Assembly: GCA_031459385.1 (NCBI GenBank)
Contig: JAVKIP010000001.1
Coordinates: 160,001 to 224,000 of the forward strand
Direction: 5' to 3'
Length of the DNA: 64,000 nucleotides
Source: Candidatus Fervidifonticultor secundus
GTDB lineage: Bacteria > Sysuimicrobiota > Sysuimicrobiia > Sysuimicrobiales > Humicultoraceae
The notes below the pieces were generated by a model that was given only the letters and a program-made list of their open reading frames with translations, was not told the DNA's origin and ran no database searches. How positions within the stretch are numbered: the first letter of the stretch is position 1; each line of letters opens with the position of its first letter. This document shows, one piece after another, positions 18,478 to 27,743 of this stretch. The translations under genes and the position numbers were made by a program.

Positions 18478-18655
18478 CGGCCCGCGTCAGCCGACGGCCA
18501 CCGCCCGCGGCGCGCACGAGACGCCTTCCAGCAGCGGGCCCAGGTGGAACGCGGCGGCAGGATACGGTCGGCGTCCCTGGGCGATCGCCTCGAGGCACCT
18601 CGTCGACGTCTTCGATCCGGCAGCCCTACCGGGCCCGATCACGAGCGGACACCGG

Positions 18656-19354
18656 TCAGCCTCCGCAGGCATCGGCCGCGCGGGCCTCGCGGGCAGCACG
18701 CCGGGCCTGGCGCAGGGGCTCGGGCGCGAGCGCAGGGCCGGTGGCGGCCAGCGTCACCGCGGCGGCTACCTCGGGGTCGGTGCGCCAGGCCGCGTGCACG
18801 GCCAGCGGCCTCACGCCGGGGTGGACGCGCACCCAGTAGCCCACGTGCTCGCCGTCCTGCACCAGCGGGCTGCGCGCACCCGGCGCGTCCGCCGGGAGGG
18901 CGCCGGACGCCACCAGCGGCCGGCTGGTCACGCCGATCGTCGGCAGGTCGAGCCGCGCGCCCAGGTGCACCGCCAGCCCGGCGCGCCGTGGGTGGTCGCG
19001 GCCGGTGGCGTTGACTAGCAGGACCTCGGGCCGCGCGGGCAGCCCGCGCACTGCGGCTTCGAGCAGCGGTCCCTCGCGCAGCGCCAGCAGGCCAGGGGCG
19101 TACGGCGCACCGGCGGCGCCGCGGACCTGCGCGACCGCGCGCAGCCGGCCGTCGACGAGCAGAGCTGCGGCGGCCCATCCAGGATCGCCGGCCGCACCGG
19201 CGCCGACCTTGTGGCGGGCAAAACAGATGAAGCAGCCGGCGACGACCCGTACCCTACCGGCTGGCGCCCAGGGCGCGGGCGCCGCGCGCCCCAGCTGCTC
19301 CTGCAGGGCGATCAACGCCTCGGGCGTCGTGGGCCAGGGCTCGTCCTGGTGCAT
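18656..19354 (-). CDS. nfi: Endonuclease V homolog, probably catalytically altered
   Basis: WP.T...I.LQE.L, wedge PYAPGLLALRE, HPRRAGLA.HLG..LDLPTIGV, PEPLRQA; the catalytic Asp positions are substituted. Confidence 0.85.
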   Translation of the reverse strand: MHQDEPWPTTPEALIALQEQLGRAAPAPWAPAGRVRVVAGCFICFARHKVGAGAAGDPGWAAAALLVDGRLRAVAQVRGAAGAPYAPGLLALREGPLLEAAVRGLPARPEVLLVNATGRDHPRRAGLAVHLGARLDLPTIGVTSRPLVASGALPADAPGARSPLVQDGEHVGYWVRVHPGVRPLAVHAAWRTDPEVAAAVTLAATGPALAPEPLRQARRAAREARAADACGG

Positions 19355-19460
19355 GGCGCGTGCACCGGCGCGTCAGTCAGGAGGAGGATGTTGCGCCCGC
19401 GATCCTCAACCCCACAGTAGCCGACGGGCAGCGCGGGCGGAAGGGGCATACCGGGGAGCC

Positions 19461-20294
19461 ATGGTGCGGGTGGGCTGCTGTGGGTTCGCGCGACGTCTCG
19501 ACGCGTACGCCCGGGAGCTCGACGTCGTCGAGGTGCAGCAGACGTTCTACCGACTGCCCCGGCTGCAGACCGTCGAACGCTGGCGCGCCCGCGTGCCGGC
19601 GTCGTTCGAGTTCACCCTGAAGGCTTGGCAGCTCATCACCCATCCGCCGACCAGCCCGACGTACCGGCGTCTGGGGCGCGTCATTCCCCGGGGCCGGTGG
19701 GACCGGTACGGGTTCTTCGCGCCCAGCGACGAGGTGGCCGAGGCGTGGGCCCAGACGCTGGCCGTCGCCCGGGCGTTGCGCGCGTCCGTCGTGCTCTTCC
19801 AGTGTCCGGCTAGCTTTGCGCCCACGCGCGCCCACGTCGTCCGTCTCCGGCGGTTCTTCCGGGCTGTGCCCCGCGGCGGCCTGACGTTGGCGTGGGAGCC
19901 GCGCGGCGACTGGCCGCCCGACCTGGTGGCCCGGCTGTGCCGCGACCTCGACCTGATCCACTGCGTGGACCCGCTGGCCGATACGAGCCGCCACGGCCGA
20001 CCGCACTACTTCCGGCTGCACGGGCGCACCGGCTACCGCTACCGGCACACCGACGACGACCTGGCGGCCATCGCCGCCGCCTGCCGCGGGCCAGCATACG
20101 TCCTGTTCAACACCATCGCCATGTGGGACGACGCGCTGCGCTTCCGGCGGCTCGTGTCCCCGGCGGCGCCACCTGGGGGCGGCGGATCGCGGTCCGGCGC
20201 GGCGCGCGGCGGGAGGGTTGTGGATCGTGAATCGGCGATCGGGGACAACGGGCTGCGGTCGCGCGGCAGGAGGTCGCGGCCCAGCGGGAAATGA
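19461..20294 (+). CDS. DUF72-family protein (TIM barrel)
   Basis: VRVGCCGF, VEVQQTFY, FTLKAWQLITH, LFQCPASF, WEPRG, YFRLHG, YVLFN. Confidence 0.88.
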   Translation: MVRVGCCGFARRLDAYARELDVVEVQQTFYRLPRLQTVERWRARVPASFEFTLKAWQLITHPPTSPTYRRLGRVIPRGRWDRYGFFAPSDEVAEAWAQTLAVARALRASVVLFQCPASFAPTRAHVVRLRRFFRAVPRGGLTLAWEPRGDWPPDLVARLCRDLDLIHCVDPLADTSRHGRPHYFRLHGRTGYRYRHTDDDLAAIAAACRGPAYVLFNTIAMWDDALRFRRLVSPAAPPGGGGSRSGAARGGRVVDRESAIGDNGLRSRGRRSRPSGK

Positions 20295-20334
20295 CTGGCG
20301 ACGTGGGATCACGGCATGCCCCGGGAGGAGATCG

Positions 20335-21246
20335 ATGAGCAGGAGCGGGCGGCAGTGGTGGGGTCTGGTGGGCGTCGCGGCGGTGCTCGCGCTGGCCGGG
20401 GGAACGGCCCAGGCGCCAGCCGCGCCGATCGCGGGCATCACGGTGAGCGGCGTGGGGTTCCAGACGCCGGAGTCGGTGCTGTACGACCCCGTTGCAGACA
20501 CCTATCTGGTCTCCAACATCAACGGCAATCCCACGGCGGCGGACGACAACGGATTCATCTCGCGCGTGCTGCCCTCGGGCAGGGTCGTGGCGCTCAAGTG
20601 GATCGACGGGGCTGCGGCGGACGTGACGCTGCACGCCCCGAAGGGCATGGCGATCGTGGGAGACACGCTCTATGTCACCGATATCACCGTGGTGCGTACG
20701 TTCGACCGCCGGACCGGCAAGGCGAAGGGTGCGATCGAGGTGGCGGGCGCGACGTTCATGAACGACCTGGCCGCGGGCCGTGGCGGCGCGGTCTACGCCA
20801 CCGACAGCGGGCTCAAGCCCGACTTCAGCCCCTCGGGCACCGATGCGGTCTACCGGATCGACGCCACGGGGAAGGTGACCGCCGTGGCCCGGGCCACCGC
20901 GCTCAACCATCCCAACGGCGTGGCGGTGCGCGCCGACGGCACGCTGGTCGTCGTGACGTTCAGCGAGAAGGGCGACATGTACACGATCTCGCCCGCGGGC
21001 ATCCGGCGGGCGCTGCCAGCGCCGCCCAAGGGGCAGCTGGACGGCGTGGAGCTACTGCCGGGCGGCGCGATGCTGGTTTCCAGTTGGGCAGGGTCGGCCG
21101 TGTACCGGATCGATGCCAGGGGCACGGCGACGGTGGCCGTCGCCAACGTGGCGTCGCCAGCCGATATCGGCTACGACCGCAGGCGCGGGCGCGTGCTGAT
21201 TCCGCTCTTCATGAAGAACGCCGTGGTGATCCAGACCGTGCGGTAG
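20335..21246 (+). CDS. Secreted SMP-30/gluconolactonase-like beta-propeller protein
   Basis: Signal peptide; repeated blades TPESV, APKGM, MNDL, PNGV, LDGV, PADI. Confidence 0.8.
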   Translation: MSRSGRQWWGLVGVAAVLALAGGTAQAPAAPIAGITVSGVGFQTPESVLYDPVADTYLVSNINGNPTAADDNGFISRVLPSGRVVALKWIDGAAADVTLHAPKGMAIVGDTLYVTDITVVRTFDRRTGKAKGAIEVAGATFMNDLAAGRGGAVYATDSGLKPDFSPSGTDAVYRIDATGKVTAVARATALNHPNGVAVRADGTLVVVTFSEKGDMYTISPAGIRRALPAPPKGQLDGVELLPGGAMLVSSWAGSAVYRIDARGTATVAVANVASPADIGYDRRRGRVLIPLFMKNAVVIQTVR

Positions 21247-21251
21247 CGCCG

Positions 21252-22043
21252 TCAGAGCCGCAGCGCCTGGCGCACGAGCAGCTGCGTGTAGGGGTGCCGC
21301 GGCGCCGCGAACAGGTCGGGCGTCGGGCCGGAGTCGACGATCTCGCCGCTGCGCATGACGTAGACGTGGTCGGTCCAGTGCGCCACCAGGCCCAGGCTGT
21401 GGGTGATCAACAGGAGCCCCATGCCCAGGTCGCGCTGGAGGCGGCGCAGCAGGTCGAGGATCTGCGCCTGCACCGTCACGTCCAGGCCCGAGGTGGGCTC
21501 GTCGGCGATCAGGACCGAAGGGCCTGGCGCAATCGCCGCGGCGATCAACACGCGCTGGCGCTGCCCACCGGAGAGGTGGTGAGGGTAGCGCGCAAACACC
21601 TCGGCCGGCAGGCCGACCTGGCGCATCACCTCCAGGGCGCGCTCGCGGGCGCCGCGCCTGCCGTGGTGCACGACGACGCCTTCCATGATTTGCTCGCCGA
21701 CGGGGAGCACGGGGTTCAGCGCCGCTCCGGGTTCCTGGAAGACCATCGCCACGCGCCGGCCGCGGTAGCGTGTGAGCGCCGCCTCGGGCAGCGCCGTCAG
21801 GTCCACGTCACCCAGCAGGACGCGGCCGGCGGTGATGATCGCGGCGTCGGTCGGGAAGAGCCGCAGCACCGCGCAGGCCGTCATGGTCTTGCCGGCGCCC
21901 GACTCGCCCACCAGCCCGACGCTGCGCCCGGCGAAAACCGTCAGCGACACACCCCGCACCACAGCCTGCGTGCCGCCGGCACGACGGATCTCGACCGTCA
22001 GGCCGTCGATGCGGAGATCTGCCGGCTCGTGCCAGGTGGTCAC
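21252..22043 (-). CDS. Peptide ABC transporter ATP-binding protein (DppD-like), stand-alone
   Basis: Walker A GESGAGKT, Q-loop VFQE, LSGGQRQR, Walker B LIADEPT, H-loop ITH, terminal HPYT. Confidence 0.92.
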   Translation of the reverse strand: MTTWHEPADLRIDGLTVEIRRAGGTQAVVRGVSLTVFAGRSVGLVGESGAGKTMTACAVLRLFPTDAAIITAGRVLLGDVDLTALPEAALTRYRGRRVAMVFQEPGAALNPVLPVGEQIMEGVVVHHGRRGARERALEVMRQVGLPAEVFARYPHHLSGGQRQRVLIAAAIAPGPSVLIADEPTSGLDVTVQAQILDLLRRLQRDLGMGLLLITHSLGLVAHWTDHVYVMRSGEIVDSGPTPDLFAAPRHPYTQLLVRQALRL

Positions 22044-22066
22044 GCGTTCCCTCCCCGTCCTCGTCT

Positions 22067-23263
22067 GTGAACGCGTCCGCCGCGCCCGGACGTTCCCGGC
22101 GCGCCGCCCCGTTGCTGCGGGGAGCGTTCGCGCGGCTGTGGGCCGTGGTCCTGCTGGTTTCGTTCGCGTTCCACCTGGTCACGGCCAGCCTGCCCTTCTA
22201 TGCCACGCGCCTGGGCGCCGACGAGGCCGTCGTCGGCCTGCTGATCGGGCTGATCGCGGCCGTCGCCCTGATCTCGCGGCCCCTGGCCGGCCTGTGGATC
22301 GACGCCGGCGCCGGTGCGGCAGCGCTGGTGACGGGCCTGGTGCTCTATGCGCTGTGCGCGCTGGGCTACTGGCTGGCGCCGTCGGTACCGGCGCTGCTCG
22401 GCTTCCGCGCCCTGACCGGCGTCGCCGTGGGATTCTACGGCACCGCGAGCCAGGCGCTGACCGTGGCCCTGGTGCCGGTGGCGCGCCGGGCCGAGGCCCT
22501 GAGCCTGTATGCGGCGGCCGTCGGCATCGCGCAGGGCCTCGCCCCGAGCGCGGGGATCGCGCTGGCCGCCGCGGCCGGGTTCCCCGCGCTCTTCGTGACG
22601 TGCGCGGGGGTGAGCACCGCGGGCGCAGTGCTGGCGTGGCCCCTGCGCCGGGTGTCGGCGCGGCCCCAGGCCGGCGCCGTGCGGCGGATCTTCCACCGGG
22701 GCGTGGTCGTGCCGGGACTGCTGCTGGTCGCCCTGCACGTGACCTTTGGCGCCAACATCGCGCTGCTTCCGCTGCACGCGGGCCGGCGGGGCCTGCCCAA
22801 CCCCGGGCTGGTCCTGGTGACGCACGCGCTAGGCCTGTTCGCAGCGCAGGCCATCGCGGGCCGCGCCTCCGACCGGCTCGGCCGCATCGCGGTCATCGCG
22901 CCGGCCCTGGCGCTGGCTGCCGCCGGCATGTGGACGACGGCGCTGGTCGGCGGCTGGGCGCTGCTGGCGGCCGCGGCGCTCTCAGGGATGGCGCTGGGCG
23001 CCGGCCAGCCATCGATCGTCGCCCTGGGTGCGGACCTGGTGCGCGAGGAGGAGCGCGGCGCCGCGCTGGGGACGATGGGCATCTTCCACGAGATCGGCAT
23101 CGTGGCGGGCGCGGTCGGCGGGGGCATCGCGGGGCGCGCCCTCGGGTTGCCGGCGATGTTCGCGCTGGTGGGTGTCGTCCCGGCGGTAGCAGCGGTGCTG
23201 GCGGTGCGCCGCCCTGCCCCCGGTTCGTCTAGCCCCCGAGCGCCTGCCGCAAGCGGTCCATGA
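22067..23263 (+). CDS. MFS transporter
   Basis: About 12 hydrophobic segments; GRASDRLGR motif A. The start codon is uncertain. Confidence 0.85.
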   Translation: MNASAAPGRSRRAAPLLRGAFARLWAVVLLVSFAFHLVTASLPFYATRLGADEAVVGLLIGLIAAVALISRPLAGLWIDAGAGAAALVTGLVLYALCALGYWLAPSVPALLGFRALTGVAVGFYGTASQALTVALVPVARRAEALSLYAAAVGIAQGLAPSAGIALAAAAGFPALFVTCAGVSTAGAVLAWPLRRVSARPQAGAVRRIFHRGVVVPGLLLVALHVTFGANIALLPLHAGRRGLPNPGLVLVTHALGLFAAQAIAGRASDRLGRIAVIAPALALAAAGMWTTALVGGWALLAAAALSGMALGAGQPSIVALGADLVREEERGAALGTMGIFHEIGIVAGAVGGGIAGRALGLPAMFALVGVVPAVAAVLAVRRPAPGSSSPRAPAASGP

Positions 23264-24116
23264 GCCGCAGCTGCTCGAGCGGCGCCACCCCGAACCGGTT
23301 CATGTCGAAGAAGACCTCGGCCACACTCCACGACTGCAGGCGCGCAAGATCCTCGACGACCTGCGCGTGACTGCCCGAGAGCGGCGGTCGCGGGTCGGGC
23401 TGGGGCGATGTGCTCACCGTTGTGTTCGCCCGGACGATGACGGGCAGCCGCGAGGCGTCCCGGCCGGTGGCCGCAGCGGCAGCCCGAAACCCGTCGATGG
23501 CGCGCTGCAGGTTCTCCCAGGCGGCCGCCACGGGGTTGAATCCGTCGCCGATACGGCCGGCCCGCGCCACGGCTGCGGGCTCGCGGGCGGCGACGATGAC
23601 GGGTGGGCCGCCGGCCTGCAGGGGTTTGGGGCCGATCTCGGCGTCGGGGATCTGGTAGACGCGCCCCGAAAAGCGCACGGGATCGGGGCCCCACGCAGCG
23701 CGCATCGCGGCGATGAACTCCTCGAAGCCGCGCCCGCGCCGGCGCATCGGCACGCCGACCGTCCGGAACTCTTCGGGTGCGTACCCCTGGCCGAGGCCGG
23801 CGATGACGCGGCCGCCGCTGAGGTGGTCGAGGGTGGCGAAGCGCCGCGCGATCACCACCGGCGCGTGCAGCGGCGCAATGATGATGCTGGTGCCCAGGCG
23901 AATGCGCGTGGTCTGTGCGGCGACCCACGCCAGCACCTCCAGCGGGTCGTACGCCACCGCGTAGGATGCCGGCATCGTCGAGCCTGTGGGGCGGAGCTGG
24001 CGCTCCAGCACCCACAGCGTCGCGTACCCGCGCTGCTCTGCCTCCCGCGCCACCTGGGCGATGGCTGCCGGCGTAGCGTGGGGCCCGTGAGTGGGCAGCG
24101 CAATGCCGAACTGCAT
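23229..24116 (-). CDS. LLM-class flavin/F420-dependent oxidoreductase
   Basis: MQFGIALP, DPLEVLAWVAAQTTRIRLGT, ATLDHLSGGR, PKPLQ.GGPP. Confidence 0.88.
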   Translation of the reverse strand: MQFGIALPTHGPHATPAAIAQVAREAEQRGYATLWVLERQLRPTGSTMPASYAVAYDPLEVLAWVAAQTTRIRLGTSIIIAPLHAPVVIARRFATLDHLSGGRVIAGLGQGYAPEEFRTVGVPMRRRGRGFEEFIAAMRAAWGPDPVRFSGRVYQIPDAEIGPKPLQAGGPPVIVAAREPAAVARAGRIGDGFNPVAAAWENLQRAIDGFRAAAAATGRDASRLPVIVRANTTVSTSPQPDPRPPLSGSHAQVVEDLARLQSWSVAEVFFDMNRFGVAPLEQLRLMDRLRQALGG

Positions 24117-24119
24117 CTC

Positions 24120-25367
24120 TTACTGGTAGAGGAGGAACCGCTCCCGGAGCGTCAGGAACCGCTGCAGCGCGGGCTGCCAGCGGGCCACGATCGTCGCCGC
24201 GTCGTCGCCGCGCAGGATACCCAGGCGGACGTCCTTCGTCCCCCACACGAGGTCGAACAGGTACGGCCCCCGGCGGGGCGTGACGAACCGCAGGCGGTCG
24301 CCGTGCAGCCGCCGGATCTCCACCAGGATGTACACCATCGTCGTCGACGGCCGAAAGACGGCGGGGTCGGTGATGTGGAGCCGGACGCCGTGCCAGACCC
24401 GGCCGGTGCGCGGATGGGGTAGCGCCGAGGTCGAGAAGCGCACGCCCGGCAGCCCGTAACGGTTGAGGCGTTCCGCCAGCCGGCGGCCGTCGAGCCATGG
24501 GGCCACCACGACCTGGAAGCGCGAGTCGGTGGCCACGCCGTTCCAGAGGTTGGTACCGTCGGCGGGGCCGGTGGCGGCGTAGTGGAAGACGGCCTCCGGG
24601 CCGGTAATTCCCGGCGACGGGTTGACCCACGGGAGGCCGGTCTCTTCCCAGCGCATCGTGCGCGTCCAGCCCTCCATGGGCACCACGGTCAGGTCCGCGC
24701 CGATCGCGAACGCCTCGTTGTAGAGCCCGGCCAGCTCGCCGATCGTCATGCCGAAGACGTAAGGGATGGAATACATGCCGATGAACGAGCGGAGCGCCGG
24801 CTCCAGCACGGGGCCGTCCACGACCGTCCCGCCCATGGGGTTGGGACGGTCGAGCACGATCACCTTCTTGCCCGCCTCGCGCGCGGCGGCCATGACCAGC
24901 GCCATCGTGGACGTGTAGGTGTAGGCGCGCACGCCCACGTCCTGGAGGTCGACGACCAGGGCATCGACGCGCGCCAGCATGTGGCGCGTGGGCCGGAACG
25001 TGCCGCCGTAGAGGCTGAACACCGGCGTACGGCCGGGGATGGTGGGCACGACCTCGCCCGCGTCGTACGTGCCGTCGAGCCCGTGCTCCGGCGCGAACAG
25101 CGCCGTCAGGCGCGCCTGCTGGGCTTCGGCCAGCAGCTGCGCCGAGGTCTTCCCGTCGCGGTTGACGCCGGCTTGGTGCGTCACCAGGCCCAGCCGGGTG
25201 CCCCGCAGCGCGTTCAGCTCGCCGAGCAGGCGGTCGATCCCGGGGGTGACGGCGGGGGCAGCGCCGCGCGGCGCCACGGGCGGCTGGGCTGCCAGCGGCC
25301 GTGCAGCCAGGGAGAGCACGGCGGCCAGCAGCAGGGACGACACGACCTGGTGGGGCGATCGTGGCAT
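24120..25367 (-). CDS. namZ: Exo-beta-N-acetylmuramidase NamZ family (DUF1343), exported
   Basis: LFAPEHGL, SLYG, DLQDVGVR.YTY, VLDRPNP.GG, GMTIGELA, WVNPSP. Confidence 0.9.
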   Translation of the reverse strand: MPRSPHQVVSSLLLAAVLSLAARPLAAQPPVAPRGAAPAVTPGIDRLLGELNALRGTRLGLVTHQAGVNRDGKTSAQLLAEAQQARLTALFAPEHGLDGTYDAGEVVPTIPGRTPVFSLYGGTFRPTRHMLARVDALVVDLQDVGVRAYTYTSTMALVMAAAREAGKKVIVLDRPNPMGGTVVDGPVLEPALRSFIGMYSIPYVFGMTIGELAGLYNEAFAIGADLTVVPMEGWTRTMRWEETGLPWVNPSPGITGPEAVFHYAATGPADGTNLWNGVATDSRFQVVVAPWLDGRRLAERLNRYGLPGVRFSTSALPHPRTGRVWHGVRLHITDPAVFRPSTTMVYILVEIRRLHGDRLRFVTPRRGPYLFDLVWGTKDVRLGILRGDDAATIVARWQPALQRFLTLRERFLLYQ

Positions 25368-25543
25368 ATGGCCTCCCTACGTCACTTCGACGTGCGGTGA
25401 TCCGGGCCTGTCTCCTCTCATGCCCAACCGGGGGAGCGTTGCGACGCTGCCGCCCCGACGGGGGAAACGCCCCGACTGCCTGGAACTGAGGGGCCGGGAG
25501 CCTGGTCCCCCGAGAACCAGTCCCCGGAGGAGGGTGGTGCGGC

Positions 25544-26725
25544 GTGTGGATCGCGGTGAGGGCGCGACGCATTCTGGACGGCACGGGCAGGCCGCCGCTG
25601 GAGCACGGCGTGGTGCTGATCGAGGGCGACAGGATCAGGGCCGTGGGGCGCCAGGCGGACGTGGCTATCCCAGAAGGCGCGCAGGTCTACGACTGCGGCG
25701 CGCACACCGTCCTGCCCGGGTTCGTGGACGCGCACTCGCACGCCTCGATCGTCCCAGGGCTCGGCGACCAGATCGGGCAGCTGCGCCAGGCGCCGGCCCG
25801 GCAGCTGCTGCGGGCCGTGCAGAACCTGCGCGTCGACCTGCGGTCGGGCGTCACCACGATGCGGGTCGTGGGCGAGGAGCACTTCATCGACATCGAGCTG
25901 CGGGACGCCATCGCCGCCGGTCGCCTGCCCGGCCCGCGGCTGCAGGTCGCGACGCGCCCGATCACCGCGCGGCACGGCCACGGGGCCGCCCTGACCTACT
26001 CCGACGGCGAAGACCAGATCCGCCGGCACATCCGCGAGAACGTCGCCGCCGGCTGTGACCTGATCAAGCTCTTCATGACCGGCGGCGTCTCCAGCACGGC
26101 CGGCGGGACCCAGTGGTACGCGTACTCGCCGGCCGAGGTCGCCGCTGCCGTGGACGAGGCCCACCGGAACCAGCGGCCGGTGGCCGTGCACGCGCATGGC
26201 GGACCTGGCCTGCGGCTGTGCGTCGCCGCGGGCGTGGACACCATCGAGCACGGTAAGCTGGCCACCCGCGAGGACCTGGACGAGATGCGCCGGCGGGGGG
26301 TCTGGCTCGTCACCAACAACGCGATCAGCGGGCATCCCGAGGGCATCGAGAAGGGCGACGGGCACAATCCGGTGATCATGGCCAAACTCCGCGAGGCCCG
26401 CGCACACGCGCGGCAGACCTTCCGCCACGTCCTCGATAGCGGCGTCCGGTGGGCGCTTGGTACCGATGCGATGCACGGCCTGATCTGGTGGGAGATCGCC
26501 CAGGTGGTGGAATGGGGCGCCGACCCGCACGACGCTATCCTGGCCGCCACCCGGCGGGCGGCCGAGGCCATCGGCATGGGGCAGGAGGTCGGCAGCCTGG
26601 AGCCGGGCAAGCTGGCCGATCTGGTCAGCGTCGATGGCGATCCGCTGCGCGACGTCGCGTGCCTGCAGCGCGTCGGGCTCATCCTGCAGGGCGGTCGACG
26701 CGTGGACACCCTCTCGCCCCTGTGA
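25544..26725 (+). CDS. Metal-dependent amidohydrolase (imidazolonepropionase/Xaa-Pro dipeptidase-like)
   Basis: PGFVDAHSH, IKLFMTGG, VHAHG, TIEHG, GTDA, LEPGKLADL. Confidence 0.88.
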   Translation: MWIAVRARRILDGTGRPPLEHGVVLIEGDRIRAVGRQADVAIPEGAQVYDCGAHTVLPGFVDAHSHASIVPGLGDQIGQLRQAPARQLLRAVQNLRVDLRSGVTTMRVVGEEHFIDIELRDAIAAGRLPGPRLQVATRPITARHGHGAALTYSDGEDQIRRHIRENVAAGCDLIKLFMTGGVSSTAGGTQWYAYSPAEVAAAVDEAHRNQRPVAVHAHGGPGLRLCVAAGVDTIEHGKLATREDLDEMRRRGVWLVTNNAISGHPEGIEKGDGHNPVIMAKLREARAHARQTFRHVLDSGVRWALGTDAMHGLIWWEIAQVVEWGADPHDAILAATRRAAEAIGMGQEVGSLEPGKLADLVSVDGDPLRDVACLQRVGLILQGGRRVDTLSPL

Positions 26726-26789
26726 GCGCCCGGGCTCGCCCGACTGCGGCCACCCCGCCCTGGGCATATACGCCGGGGAGGGGGATCGG

Positions 26790-27509
26790 ATGGCCTGGTT
26801 CTGGCGACCCAGGCGGCAGGGCGTCGAGCAACGGATGGTGCCGCGCATCCCGCTGGCCGTGCCGGTGCGGTATGGCACCGACCGCGGGCATGCCGGTATC
26901 GGCGTCCTGATCGACGTGACCGAGCGCGGGGCCGGCCTGCTGGTACACGCTATCACACCCGACGCCGGGACCCTCTGGATCCGCTTCCTCTGGTTCGACG
27001 ATCAGGTCGGGGTGCAGGGGCGCGTCGTCTTCATCCAGCCGACGCCCGAGGGCCAGCACATCGGGGTGCGGTTCCGGCCGCTGCCCGGGGCGTCCCGCCG
27101 CTTCATCACCGACCTGCTGATCCCCTACGGGTTGCGCAAGTTCCGGCATGACCGCCGGCATCCATTCTCGCTGCTCCAGGCCCTGGCAGCGTCGCCGCGC
27201 CCGGGGCGGGTCGGACAGTGCCGGCGGCGCTACCTGCCCGTGCTGGTCGAGCAGGGCGACTACCGGGCCTGGGCGGTGACCGAGGACCGGACCGACGAGG
27301 GCGCGCTGTTGCTGGTCCCGCACCCGCTGCAGGCGGACGCGGCCGTGCGCCTGACCACCTGGGGGACGTTCGTGACGCGCTACGGCATGGTGGACAGCAC
27401 TGAGACGCTGGCGCTCCCGCCCGTCACCCTGCACCGGCTGGTGGTGCGCTTCGTCGATCAGGCCGTCGGCCCAGCTGCCGGCGAGCCGCCGCGCGTCCGC
27501 GGCGCGTGA
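26790..27509 (+). CDS. PilZ-domain protein (possibly tandem PilZ)
   Basis: EQRMVPRIP (RxxxR), DVTERG, GRVV...HIGVRF; a degenerate second copy RRRY...DRTDEGA. Confidence 0.65.
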   Translation: MAWFWRPRRQGVEQRMVPRIPLAVPVRYGTDRGHAGIGVLIDVTERGAGLLVHAITPDAGTLWIRFLWFDDQVGVQGRVVFIQPTPEGQHIGVRFRPLPGASRRFITDLLIPYGLRKFRHDRRHPFSLLQALAASPRPGRVGQCRRRYLPVLVEQGDYRAWAVTEDRTDEGALLLVPHPLQADAAVRLTTWGTFVTRYGMVDSTETLALPPVTLHRLVVRFVDQAVGPAAGEPPRVRGA

Positions 27510-27743
27510 GACGGCGGCAGCGCCTCGCCTGGCAGACCACCCCGCGCGGCCACCCTGCTCCCGCCCTCGTCCGAGGCGGTACCACGCCGGCGCGCTTGCG
27601 GCTGTCACCTGGCGCCGCGCGCCATCGCTGTGCGGTAGGTCCGCGGGAGCTCGCGGAGGTAGTCGCCGGCGAAGTAGAATGGCAGGGCGGGCGGTCGCCT
27701 GGCGTGGAGGCGGGCCGGTGCGAGACCGACGCGAGGAGGAGCC

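Noticed and set aside
25368..25543. Possible cyclic-dinucleotide riboswitch between namZ and the amidohydrolase
   Set aside because: GC-rich hairpins are present, but I could not match c-di-AMP or c-di-GMP riboswitch consensus elements on either strand.
22435..25584. 1049-aa minus-strand ORF, and similar giants at 51257..54148, 55762..58491 and 5440..7386
   Set aside because: Arg/Pro/Ala-rich shadow frames overlapping well-supported genes; expected from stop-codon scarcity at this GC content.
27605..27700. Minus-strand peptide PFYFAGDYLRELPRTYRT as a gene remnant
   Set aside because: Short, overlaps the ferritin upstream region, and partly explained by a plus-strand TAGAAT (-10-like) at 27675-27680; insufficient support.
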